A stretch of DNA of 64,000 nt. It comes from Squalus acanthias. Its lineage: Eukaryota. A program made the position numbers and the translations under genes. Shown one piece after another: positions 1 through 10,769 of this stretch. The stretch lies in assembly GCA_030390025.1 (NCBI GenBank), contig CM059432.1, positions 108,130,001 through 108,194,000 of the forward strand, written 5' to 3'. The notes beneath the pieces were generated by a model. That model saw only the letters and a program-made list of their open reading frames with translations, was not told the DNA's origin and did not search any database. Each line of letters opens with the position of its first letter. The stretch's first letter is position 1.

Positions 1-748
1 AGAATATTACCCCCAATCCCGTGATTTTTTACCTTAAGCAATAATCTTTTGTGTGGCACCTTGTCAAATGCCTTTTGGAAGTCTAAATACACTACGTCCA
101 CTGGTTCCCCTTTATCCACTCTATATGTTACTTCCTCAAAGAACTCCAGCAAATTTGTCAAACATGACTTCCCCTTCGTAAAACCATGCTGACTTTGTCC
201 TATTAAATTATGATTATCCAAATGTCCTGTTACTGTTTCCTTAATAATGGACTCCAAAATTTTACCTACCACAGATGTTAGGCTAACCGGTCTATAGTTA
301 CCAGCCTTCTGTCTACTGCCCTTTTTAAATAAGGGTGTTACATTAGCAGTTTTCCAGTCTGCCGGGACCTTAGCGGAATCCAGGGAGTTTTGAAAAATTA
401 TTACCAATGCATCTACAATCCCTACCGCCACTTCCTTCAAGACTCTAGGATGTAAGCCATCAGGTCCAGGTGATTTATCCGCCTTGAGTCCCATTATTTT
501 ACCGAGTACCACTTCCTTAGTGATTTTGATCGTGTTTAGCTCCTCTCCCCCTATAGCCCCCTGTTTGTCCAGTGTTGGGATATTCTTAGTGTCTTCTACT
601 GTAAAGACTGATACAAAATATTCATTCAGTGTTTTTGCCATCTCCATATTTCCCACCATTAATTTCCTGGTCTCATCCTCTAAGGGACCAACATTTACTT
701 TAGCCACCCTTTTTCTTTTTATATAACTATAAAAACTCTTACTATCTG
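1..748 (-). mobile_element. CR1 LINE ORF2 fragment (RT region), continues beyond the left edge
   Basis: Reverse strand encodes KSPGPDGLHPRVLKE, NVTPLFKKG, NYRPVSLTSVVGK and HGFTKGKSCLTNLLEFFE, homologous to ORF2 at 41.3-41.8 kb. Confidence 0.9.
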
Positions 749-749
749 T

Positions 750-933
750 CGCCCATTTAAGACGGAGATGAGGAGGAATTTCTTCTCTCAGAGGGTCGTG
801 AATCTTTGGAATTCTCTACACCAGAGAGCTGTGGAGGCGGAGTCATTGAATATATTCAAGGCTGAGATAGACAGATTTTTGAACTAGAGGAGTCAAGGGT
901 CATGGGGAACAGGCAGAAAAGTTGAGTTGAGGT
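750..933 (+). mobile_element. CR1 3' end fragment
   Basis: FKTEMRRNFFSQRVVNLWNSL coding motif followed by CR1 3' region. Confidence 0.85.
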
Positions 934-1235
934 AGAGAGAGAGACTCAGAGAGAGAATCAGAGAGAGAGAAGCAAGAGAGAGAATCAGAGAGAGAAGAGA
1001 GAGAATCAGAGAGAGAAGAGAGAGAATCAGAGAGAATCAGAGAGAGAATCAGAGAGAATCAGAGAGAGAATCAGAGAGAGAAGAGAGAGAATCAGAGAGA
1101 AGAAAGAGAGAGAATCAGAGAGAATCAGAGAGAAGAAAGAGAGAGAAAGAGAGCATCAGAGAGAGAGAATCAGAGAGAAAAGAAAGAGAGAGAATCAGAG
1201 AGAATGAGAGAGAGAGTGAATCAGAGCGATCAGTG
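934..1235. repeat. GA-rich compound microsatellite, (GA)n with GAATCA interruptions
   Basis: Directly visible. Confidence 0.95.
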
Positions 1236-1618
1236 ATAGAAGTTCATGGCTGGCTTCAGGTTACAGAGGATGCATAATCGCTGGTGGTAGGAGTACAGGA
1301 TCTATGAAGCATGGCTGGTTGAAAAGACTATAGAGTAAATTCAATACTCATGTGTTCCCAGCAAGGAATTATGCACAGAATGAACAGAGTGGAGATAGGG
1401 CTACAGCATTGTAACCCCAATTCTCTGACTCATGCTCCCTGTCAGTGTGGGATTGCAGAAGTTTCTATTACAATCTAGACTGTAATCAGATCATGATGGG
1501 CTTAGAGAACGTTACATCATAGTTTAGAGCTACCATTTCAACCCTGACATTTGATTGCAGGCTTGAAACATATCCAAGATATCTGTTTTCCTGATACGCA
1601 TTCTGCACGCACGAATAT

Positions 1619-1805
1619 GGGGGCCAAATTGATCTTCGGTGCTAACAAATCAGCTGCCTGTTTAATCCAACGCCTCCCCTCAACCCCACCCCTGATTTTC
1701 TTTTCCAGTGAAGTCAATGGAAAAGAAAATAGTGCACGGTGTAAAACGGTCTGCCTATTCGCTATCGCCCATATTGTACTACTGCCGAAGACCAATTTCA
1801 CCCCC
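1619..1805. mobile_element. Short MITE; related fragments at ~17280-17445, ~17870-17975 and ~33235-33337
   Basis: Terminal inverted repeats GGGGGCCAAATTGATCTTCGG and CCGAAGACCAATTTCACCCCC; shared internal motif GTAAAAC.G..TGCC.ATTC.CT.T. Confidence 0.7.
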
Positions 1806-2361
1806 AACTGGTCTTAGGTTTTGATATATTCCTGTGCTGTCCGTGCTCTCATGGCTGTGGATTTACGAATACATTCACATTGTGTGACTGCTAATGGTGA
1901 CAATTTGCAGTTCAGTACTGGCAACTTCTACAGACAGTACATTCAATATTTGGCTGCACTACAACCATCGATCATTACTTTTTTACTTTCATCAGTGGTT
2001 TTTACACTTGTATACTTATGGGGAAATATAAAAAATGGACACAGAAATAGAGAATTACAGGAACATGTCCTGGACTGGGCTGAGAAAGCTATATACAGTA
2101 AGACAGAAACATAATGGGGGGGCAGAAACTGGGCGATGGGGCAGTTACAATGGAGCAGGAGACCTACCCGCTGGCCTCCCACCCCGATCCCGCTGACTGC
2201 AATTTTAAATTGCAGGCGCCAAGCACAGCCGCCCGAAGCCAGCAGGGTCCTTCTTTAAATATCCCAACGACGTCTTTGGAACCCGGCTGTCATTTTAACG
2301 TTGGCCTGAGCAGGGAAGCGGCTGTGGAACTGGAGCCATCTATAGGCCCGGCCGGGTAGGG

Positions 2362-2485
2362 ACAGCAGGTTTCGCTGCCTAAAGGACATTAGTGAACCAG
2401 TTGATTTTTTATGACTTAAAAAAAAAATTAATTCAAATCCTCAAGCTGCTGTGGTGGGATTTGAACTCACAGGCCTGGATATTAA
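2362..2485 (-). mobile_element. B-box and body half of a tRNA-headed short element related to the 5' end of the 56.1 kb LINE
   Basis: Reverse strand GAGTTCAAATCCCACC...CTGGTTCACTAATGTCCTTTAGG matches 56169-56280. Confidence 0.7.
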
Positions 2486-2745
2486 CACAGAGGCGGCTTC
2501 CGAGTGGGGCGGGAGAATTGCACATGCGGAACCCGGAAGAAAATTTAGCGGGTCAGGGTGTCCAATTTCAACACAGCTACCTAATTACAATTTTACTTCT
2601 GGGTTTCACGTCTCCAAGCTGCACAGCGGGTGTGATACGCACCTGAATGACGCAATCTAAACCCCACTATTTAAAGGGCCAATGCAGAAATGAAGTTTGG
2701 AGGAGCTGGAAGGTTTTTGAAAGAGACAGTGCGAGTTATTCAAGA

Positions 2746-4400
2746 TGCATTCAGGATGAGCAAGGCCAGCACCCAGATTTAATCATGCTTCCCTTGAGTT
2801 ACTGCTGGGCGCAGTCAGGAGCAGGAGGAAGAAACCTGTTGCTCTCACCAAGAAGGCGTGGTTGAAGGCAGTTGAGGAGGTGAGGAGCAGGAGCGTTGCA
2901 TCCTGTTCTTGGATACAGTGCAGGAAGCGGTTTCATGACCTAACCAGGTCAGGAAAAGTGAGTACAGTTGCTGCTTCACATACATTCAGTGGTGTACAAC
3001 AATCCCCCTCTTACTCTGTCTTGCCAAGCGTACTCCATCACATCATTCCTCACACCACTTAAGTTGCAAGAACACCCATGGTTCACTTTTTATGCACTTC
3101 CTTACCTCTCCATTTATCCATCCACCACTACCACTCACCCAATCCTTATGCAATGTGATGCAACTGTCTGATAGTCACCCTCACTGAATGCACTGCATCC
3201 ATTGGGTGAATACCTCACCTTCACTCACTTGTAGGACTTTTCTTTTGCCCTTGTAGGAGAAGCGAGCACAAATGGCAGGGAGAGGACTGGAGGTGAACCA
3301 TCATAAATAGTCCAAATCACTGATGCAGAGGAGGAGGCCATGGCGATAAGTGGCACATCTATGTCCCTGAAAATCGGAGATGGAGAGACAAGGAATTCGC
3401 AGATGCCTGGTGACAGAATTAAAAATATTTCTGACACACAAGTTGACTTTATTTTATAAAGCACTGAACCATGAGAAGCCTGAGTATGCTGATTGGCAAG
3501 ATTGAGACATTGTCAGGACTAATTCATATCTGTTTCTTCTGTCTTCCAGGGCTTCCATGCATAGAGCAACAGTCTGTGGATATATCTGATGTTGATTCCT
3601 CAGAGGAGCTCATTCCTCCTGAGGGTGCACCATCACAAGACGTGCAGCCACGCACCAGCGCAGATACTCTCACTTCAGTGGGTCCAATTAAAGAGTTAGT
3701 TGGGTTTTCACCTGATGATTCAGAATTCACAAGTGGGCACGAGCAGACACTGGTGGCAGGGACAGCTGTGGAGGGTCCTCATCGGGGGTGCAATTCTCTC
3801 CAAGCTCTGCTCAGCTTGTCACAGATGCTGAACCCCGGGGGCCTTCGCTGAAATAGAGGAACAGCAGCAACTTTGCAAGGCACTGGCAAATGTGCCACGC
3901 ACAGTCTCCACAATAGCGGAGAGGATGGAGGAGTCCAACTCGATCGCTAGTAGATGGTGGCGCAGGAAATTGTGAGAATGTCTGCCATGGAGAGAGTGGC
4001 CCGCCTCCGTGGAACTTCATGCATGGCTCTCAAATGAGTCTATGCAGGCAATGACCACGGCCATGCAGAGGATGTCTGCCACCTCAAACAGGATGTCAGA
4101 TACCTTATCCATGGCCTTACAGCACGTCACTGATCTGCACCAAGCTGGTCTGCAGCAGAGTGGGAGGAGTGATGTGGCGCCAGCCCAGGAGAGGGATGAT
4201 GGTGAAAGGGAAGTGGAAGCTCCACTCAAAGCGCTCCCGCTTCTCACCCATTGGCCCACCCACCCACCCCCTCAGCCAGTACCCAACATGCCACCTCCCG
4301 ATGGCCGAGTCTGCCCCTGTGCAATCTTTGGCCGGGCCCTCAGGGGCTCCAAAACCCAGAGGTCATAGGCCAAAATTATCTTAGCAGTTAGAGCAAGGAT
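2746..4400 (+). pseudogene. Harbinger Myb/SANT-like DNA-binding gene remnant with three exons (~2746-2957, 3257-3409, 3550 onward)
   Basis: RSVASCSWIQCRKRFHDLTRSGK followed by GTGAGT donor; same exon layout as 63044-64000; stops and frameshifts present. Confidence 0.7.
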
Positions 4401-4765
4401 CTGAGCAGCCTGCCTCTACCTCTGCTAAAGCCACACAGGATGCACCACGTAGAAGTGGCAGGAAGTCTAAGAGAAAGAAATTGTAATTCACCAAGGGCAT
4501 TTGACAAAATGTTATGTTGTGAAGTATCCTTTTTTTAATAACGGCACATTAAAATTTATTGATTTGCAACATCATGCCCATTATTGCGTCCCGAGTGTCA
4601 ACTCTCTCTTTCACATGCTTCATGAGGAATGTCAATACATGATGGGACCCATTGGGGGAAGTGCAATGGGTGGATGAGTGATTGAAGGACTGCTTAGTGC
4701 AAAGTGCGGGAAAGGGGGGAGCGGAGGGGTGGCAGAGGATTGAATTTTTTTTTCAGTCTGACTAA

Positions 4766-6383
4766 CTAACTGAACCTTCGAGCTATGAGGACACCCCGAG
4801 TAGCAATGTACACCACTGATCTGTCGATGGGTGCCCCATCTTCATATTCCTCTTCCTCCTCTTCTTCAATGGTTTCGTCATCAGAAGATGAGTGATGAGG
4901 GCCTTGGTCGTCCTTCACCTCTAATCCTCTCTGCTGCACAATGTTGTGCAGGACACAGCACACTACTATGATTCTGGACACACTCGCTGGTGAGTACTGA
5001 TGGGCGCCTCCAGACCTATCTAGGCACCTTAAGCGCGTTTTCAACATGCCGATGGCTTGCTCTATGAAACACCTGGTGGTCATGTGACTCTCGTTGTAAC
5101 GTCCTTGCACCTCATTGGTGGGGTTCCTCACAGGTGTCATTATCCAGGTTTGAAGGGAGTATTCCTTGGGGGAGAAATTCACTATCACCCCGTTTAGGGC
5201 GCTAATTTTAAAAAATTTTTAAAAGTTAGCATCAGATGCTAACGATTTTAAACTTTTGAAAAATTCGCCGTTTGCGTTCCAAGAAGTGGAGCACTAAATC
5301 AAGCACTCCACTTCCTTCTTGGAGCGCAATCGGCAGCAGGCGGGGCGGAGACTTCAGCAGCGCTGCACACTGGGCCGTGCAGCGCTGCCGCGTTCAAAGG
5401 CTTCTTCCCTCTCTTAAAGGGAAGGGCCATCGCTGCAGGCTCTGCAATAGAAAAATTACCTACCTGGACCACCAAGGCAGCTGTGATCCTATGCAATCAG
5501 CCCGGCACTCAAGCAGAGTGCCTGGCTGATCGATTGCGGGCAGGAACCCACGAAAAAAACTGGAACAAGAAAGGTAAGTATTTTTTTTACTTACCTTGGT
5601 CACCTCGCCTTTAATCATCGCCCCCAAAGCGGCTGGCCGTCCGATGCACGCCTCCTGCAGCTGTCAATGTTTTCGACCGGCACTGCTGCAGGGGGCGGAA
5701 GTCAATTTCAGGTCTGGGGCGCTACCAGGGCAATGCGCACAGGCAATGACGTCACGATCTCTGGGCGAAGGAGATTGGGGTGCAACGCTGTAGTGCCACC
5801 GCAAAACTCCCACCGAATATGGCGGGAGTCGATGTCAGCGCCTGCGCCCAGTCGCAAAGCCATTTACGCCCTGTTAACACCCCCCGGGGGCACTAACGGG
5901 AGGCACAAAGGCACCCAATTTTTCTGGAACGAAAAGGTCTGGAATGTTGGACTGCTGCAGTATGAAAGCGCCATGACAACTCCCAGGGAATCTAGCGCAT
6001 ACCTGCATGAACCTCTTCTTGTGGTTGTACACCAGCTGTACATTGATGAAATGAACTCCCTTGCAGTTGAGAAAACCTCCTGGTTGATCTGGTGGTCCTC
6101 GGATTGCCATGTGTGTGCAATCGATAGCACCCTGTACCTGTGGGAAGCCAGTCAGAGATGCAAATCTGCCTGCCCGCTCATTCTGGTCATTGTCATCACA
6201 GGGGAAGTTGACATAAGTCGATGCCCTAGAAAACAACCCATCCATGACCTGCCGTAAACATTTATGTACAGCCAACTGAAAGACCCTCGAGATGTCTCTG
6301 GTGGTACGCTGGAAGGACCCAGAGGCAAAGAAATTGAGGGCAGTGGTGACTTTGACAGTGACTGGCAATGCGTGGCCCCGCAT
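4766..6383 (-). pseudogene. Harbinger DDE transposase (DDE_Tnp_4 / HARBI1-like), 5'-truncated and split by a MITE
   Basis: ALPVTVKVTTALNFFASGSFQ, GFPQVQGAIDCTH, NVQLV (5925-6383); YSLQTWIMTP, YNESH, IEQAIGMLKTRLRCLDRSGG (4766-5166). Confidence 0.9.
5168..5924. mobile_element. GC-rich Harbinger-type MITE inserted in the transposase
   Basis: Starts GGGGGAGAAATT, ends CCCAATTTTTC; right subterminal sequence resembles the 20027-20716 and 22310-22888 MITEs. Confidence 0.75.
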
Positions 6384-6384
6384 T

Positions 6385-6428
6385 CTGTGGATTATTAGTC
6401 CAGTAACATAACCATTATGCTACCGTAC
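6385..6428 (-). mobile_element. tRNA-like head (A box and anticodon arm) of the element whose body lies at 2362-2485
   Basis: Reverse strand GGTAGCATAATGGTTATGTTACTGGACTAATAATCCA resembles 56104-56141. Confidence 0.7.
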
Positions 6429-7640
6429 TCTGTATACCAAAGAGACTGCATGCTCCAATACAAGTTAAAGAAAGCTTTAAGATTTAATTGTTTTGCCAAA
6501 ACAAAAAGCTTCTTATGAGCAAAGACCATTTCTGTTTTGCTGATGAACATTGCAGCCACAATTAATTTTACATTAGTGAGCTTGGCTCAGTGATAGCACT
6601 CTTGCCTCTGAATCAGAAGGTCATGGGTTCAAGCACGACTGCAGAACTTGCGTATGTAGACCTTGAGGGTGCAAGCACCACAGTTAATTAAAGTGCTCCC
6701 TACCCTCCCAAGACCATTGCAAGTTTTAAGGGAAGGGGGATAAATATTTGGAGCAGTGGAAGAAATGGGGCTTTGAGAGAGTAGGCAGTGGGATTATTTT
6801 GTTTTCTAGCAAAGAGCTGGCACACACACAAATGGCCTCCTTATATACTATGAACTTCCAATAACTCAAAAATCATGTGGGCTGAGAATCAGTCGGGTTG
6901 ACCTCTACCCAGTTTCCTGACATGCACTCCCATTGTGCAAAGCTTTGAAATGGAAGGACTAAATCATAACGTTTATCCTATCTTTATTAGTATACTATAG
7001 TACACACGACTGCTTAACAGAAAGCAATGCAAGGCAAGTAATACATCTCCTGGTCCAGTTGATATCTCATTATCTGGGATACGAGAAGATTTATTTAACT
7101 TTTATCCTACATTTTTGAAAAGTACAGAATTCTTATGTTTTGACCACATATCCTGCAGATACAACAAAATGTGTGAAACTAACTGACGAAAGCAAACTAT
7201 TTTGGGCCAACATTCCTCTCTCAACCAGCACCACAGAGGACAGGTTAACTGGTCATTCATTCCTTGCTGCACGTTCCACAGCAACAGCGACCGCATTCAA
7301 AAGTCACCCGTTTGTTGCAAAGTGTTTAAGGATGTTCTGAAGATGTGATGTAGTGCTTTACCAATGTCCATTCTTTCTTTCTCGGTTAATGAATCCTGTA
7401 TGCACTCAATGTAAAGTCACAACTCCTTCCAATGTTGAGTGACATGTCATGCAATTTTTAGGGTTTAGAGTGTTTCTTGTGAATAGTACATTTTACAGTG
7501 TGACACACAGGTTTTGAGCTTACATTTATCAGTAAGATACACTATGCTATAACAGGGTGTGATGGGGCCACAGTAGGAGTCATAGCTCTGCCTCAACCTA
7601 ATACATGGAAACAGCTGGTACAAGAAAGAAAGAAAGACAG

Positions 7641-8240
7641 AAAGACAGACTTGCATTTATATAGCGCCTTTCACGACCACCAGATGTACCAAAGTGCTTT
7701 ACAGCCAATGAAGTACTTTTGAAGTGTAGTCACTGTTGTAATGTAGGGAACGTGGCAGCCAATTTGCGCACAGCAAGGTCCCACAAACAGCAATGTGATA
7801 ATGACCAGATAGTTTGCTGTGCACAAATTGGCTGCCGCGTTCCCTACATTACAACAGTGACTACACTCCAAAAGTACTTCATTGGCTGTAAAGTGCTTTG
7901 GGACGTCTGGTGGTCGTGAAAGGCGCTATATAAATGCAAGTATTTCTTTTATTTTAATCTGTTTTTTTTAGTGATGTTGGTTGAGGGATAAATATTAGCC
8001 AGGACACTGGGGATAACTCCCCTGCTCTTCTTCGAAATAGTGCCATGGGATCTTTTACGTCCACTGAGAGGGCAGACGGGGCCTCGGTTTAACGTCTCAT
8101 CCAAAAGATGGCACCTCCAACAGTGTAGCACTCCCTCAGCACTGCACTGGAGTGTCAGCCTAGATTGGAGTGGGACTTGAACCCACAACCTTCTGACTTA
8201 GAGGCAAGGATGCTACCAACTGAGCCACAGCTGACACTGT
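7641..8240 (-). mobile_element. tRNA-derived Deu-domain SINE (SacSINE1-like) containing an inverted SINE-tail piece at 7814-7950
   Basis: Reverse-strand head GGCTCAGTTGGTAGC...GGTTCAAGTCC; body AAAAGATCCCATGGCACTATTTCGAAGAAGAGCAGGGGAGTT; tail GCGCTATATAAATGCAAGT. Confidence 0.8.
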
Positions 8241-8244
8241 GGAA

Positions 8245-9637
8245 CACTCTTTGTTCCAGTTCTACTCAGGTCCCCTCCCTCACCTCTTTTTCCGGTACAT
8301 TGATGACTATATTGGTGCCATTTCCTGCTCTCGCTGACTCTTCCCTTCCCTTCCTTGACTTCTCCGTCTCCATTTTGGGGATAGGCTATTGACAAACATT
8401 CACTACAAGCCCACTGACTCCCACAGCTACCTGGACTACAGTTCCTCCCACCCCGCTTCCTGTAAGGACTCTATTCCATTCTCCCAGTTTCTCCATCTCT
8501 GTCGCATCTGTTTTGACGATGCCACCTTCCATACTCATGCTTCCGACATGTCTTCCTTTTTCCTCAACTGAGGATTCCCCTCTACTGTGGTTGACATGGC
8601 CCTCGACCGTGTCCGTTCTATTTCCCGCACTTCTGCTTTCACCCCTTCCCCTCCCTCCCAGAACCACGATAGGATTCCCCTTGTCATCACCTTTCACCCC
8701 ACCAGCCTCCACATTCAATAGATATTTCCGCCACTTCCAGCCTGATCCCACCACCAAACACATCTTCCCTTCCCCTCCCCTTTCAGCATTCCAAAGGGAC
8801 CGCTCCCTCCGCGACACCCTAGTCCACTCCTCTATCACCCGCAACACCCCTTCCCCTTCCCACGGCACCTTCCCGTGCAAGCACAGGAGATGCAACACCT
8901 GCCCTTTTACCTCCTCCCTTCCCACTGTCCAGGGCCGCAAACACTCCTTCCAGGTGAAACAGCGATTTACTTGTACTTCTTGCAATTTAGTATACTGTAT
9001 TCGCTGCTCATGATGCGGTCTCCTCTACATTGGGGATCCAAACGCTGATTGGGTGACCGCTTTGCAGAACACCTCCATTCAGTCCGTAAGGGTGACCCCG
9101 AGCTTCCGGTCGCCTGTCACTTTAATTCTCCGCTCCACTCCCACACTGACCTCTCCATCCTCGGCCTCTTACACTGTTCCAACAAAGCTCAACGTAAGCT
9201 CGAGGAACAGCACCTCATCTTTCGATTAGGCACTTTACAGCCTTCTGGACTCAACATCGAGTTCAACAATTTCAGACTATAACCTATCTTTTTTTTTCAA
9301 ATGGCAGCTGTTGATGATTCTGCTATTCCCATTTACACCTCATCTAGACCCATCTTTTGTTTCTTAACTTGTCCCATTACCATCTCCTTTTGCCTTGCAC
9401 CATCATCCATTTTGTCTTTTAATTTCTCCTGCCTTATATCCTATCACAGACCTTCCCTTTTGTTCTTTCCTCCCCTCCCCACTTTCCCTGCCCCTACACT
9501 TGCTTAAAAATCTGTTACATCTCCAACTTTTTCCAGTTCTGACGAAGGTTCCTCGACCTGAAACGTTAACTCTGTTTCTCACTCCACAGATGCTGCCTGA
9601 CCTGCTGAGTATTTCCAGCATTTTCTGTTTTTATTTC
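8245..9637 (+). mobile_element. Penelope-like element, 5'-truncated: RT C-terminal part, GIY-YIG endonuclease and 3' tail; disrupted
   Basis: FRYIDD at ~8289, YKPTDSHSYLDYSSSHP, CNTCP, NLVYCIRCS*CGLLYIG, RFAEH, PVACHFNS, EQHLIFRLGTLQPSGLNIEF. Confidence 0.92.
9535..9571 (+). ncRNA. Minimal type I hammerhead ribozyme motif in the Penelope 3' tail
   Basis: AGTT-CTGACGA-AGGT(TCCTCG)ACCT-GAAA-CG-TT-AACT: catalytic boxes, 4-bp stem I, 4-bp stem II, palindromic minimal stem III. Confidence 0.8.
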
Positions 9638-9639
9638 AC

Positions 9640-10010
9640 AATTAATGAAGTATTTTTAGAAGTGTAATTACTGTTGTAATGTAGGAAATGTGGCAGCAGC
9701 CAATTTGTGCACAGCAAACAGCAATGGTGTTTCAGGTATTGGTTGAGAGATAAATGTTGGCCAGGACACCAGGAGAACTCCCATGCTCGTCTTTGAATAG
9801 TGCTGTGGAACTTTCACATCCACCAAAGAGGGCAGATGAGGGCTCAGTTTAACATCTCATCTGAAAGACGGCACCTTTGCAAGTGCGGCACTTCCTCAAT
9901 ATTGCACAGAAGTGCCAGCCTAGATTATGTGTTCAAGCCTCTGAAGTGGAATTTGAACCCACAACTTTGACGCAGAGGTGAGAGCGCTATCACTGAGCCA
10001 AGGCTGACAC
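9640..10010 (-). mobile_element. Deu-domain SINE copy; others at ~6577-6660, 15330-15780, 31525-31915, 34220-34870, 36860-37245, 47285-47345, 53090-53535 and 54415-54700
   Basis: Same head, body and tail motifs as 7641-8240. Confidence 0.8.
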
Positions 10011-10036
10011 CTGCCTCCTGCCTCCCAACTATGATA

Positions 10037-10635
10037 GAAAACATAGAAACATAGAAAAATAGGAGCAGGAGTAGGCCATTCGGCCCTTCGAGCCTGCTCC
10101 GCCATTCAATATGATCATGGCTGATCCTCTATCTCAATACCATATTCCCGCTCTCTCCCCATACCCCTTGATGCCTTTTGTGTCTAGAAATCTATCTATC
10201 TCCTTCTTAAATATATTCAGGGACTTGGCCTCCACAGCCTTCTGTGGTAGAGAATTCCACAGGTTCACCACCCTCTGAGTGAAGAAATTTCTCCTCATCT
10301 CAGTCCTAAATGTCCTACCCCGTATCCTGAGACTGTGACACCTCGTTCTAGACCCCCCCAGCCAGGGGAAACATCCTCTCTGCATCCAGTCTGTCTAGCC
10401 CTGTCAGAATTGTATACGTTTCAATGAGATCCCCTCTCATTCTTCTAAACTCTAGTGAATACAGACCTAGTCGACCCAATCTCTCCTCATACGACAGTCC
10501 TGCCATCCCAGGAATCAGTCTGGTGAACCTTCGCTGCACTCCCTCTATGGTAAGTACATCCTTTCTTAGGTAAGGAGACCAAAACTGCACACAGTACTCC
10601 AGGTGTGGTCTCACCAAGGCCCTGTATAACTGTAG
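10037..10635 (-). mobile_element. CR1 5'-truncated copy with 8-bp microsatellite tail (ATAGAAAC on +)
   Basis: [14 protein letters not shown]...FFTQRVVNLWNSLP; 3' hairpin region GCCGAATGGCCTACTCCTGCTCC; TGATA on both flanks (possible TSD). Confidence 0.92.
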
Positions 10636-10769
10636 TGATAAAGGGAGGCAGATAACTGGATTAAAATAGAGACAGCAACAGACAGACTGTACAAGCAGAG
10701 TGCAGAAGAGGCCTGTTTGTTCAACAAAGCAAATATAATGATGAACTACATAGCCAAAACTGTAGAATA

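Larger units (their letters stand above)
2490..6383. mobile_element. Degenerate PIF/Harbinger transposon (Myb/SANT gene on +, transposase on -), interrupted by a MITE
   Basis: Convergent two-gene layout typical of Harbinger; see component features. Confidence 0.85.
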
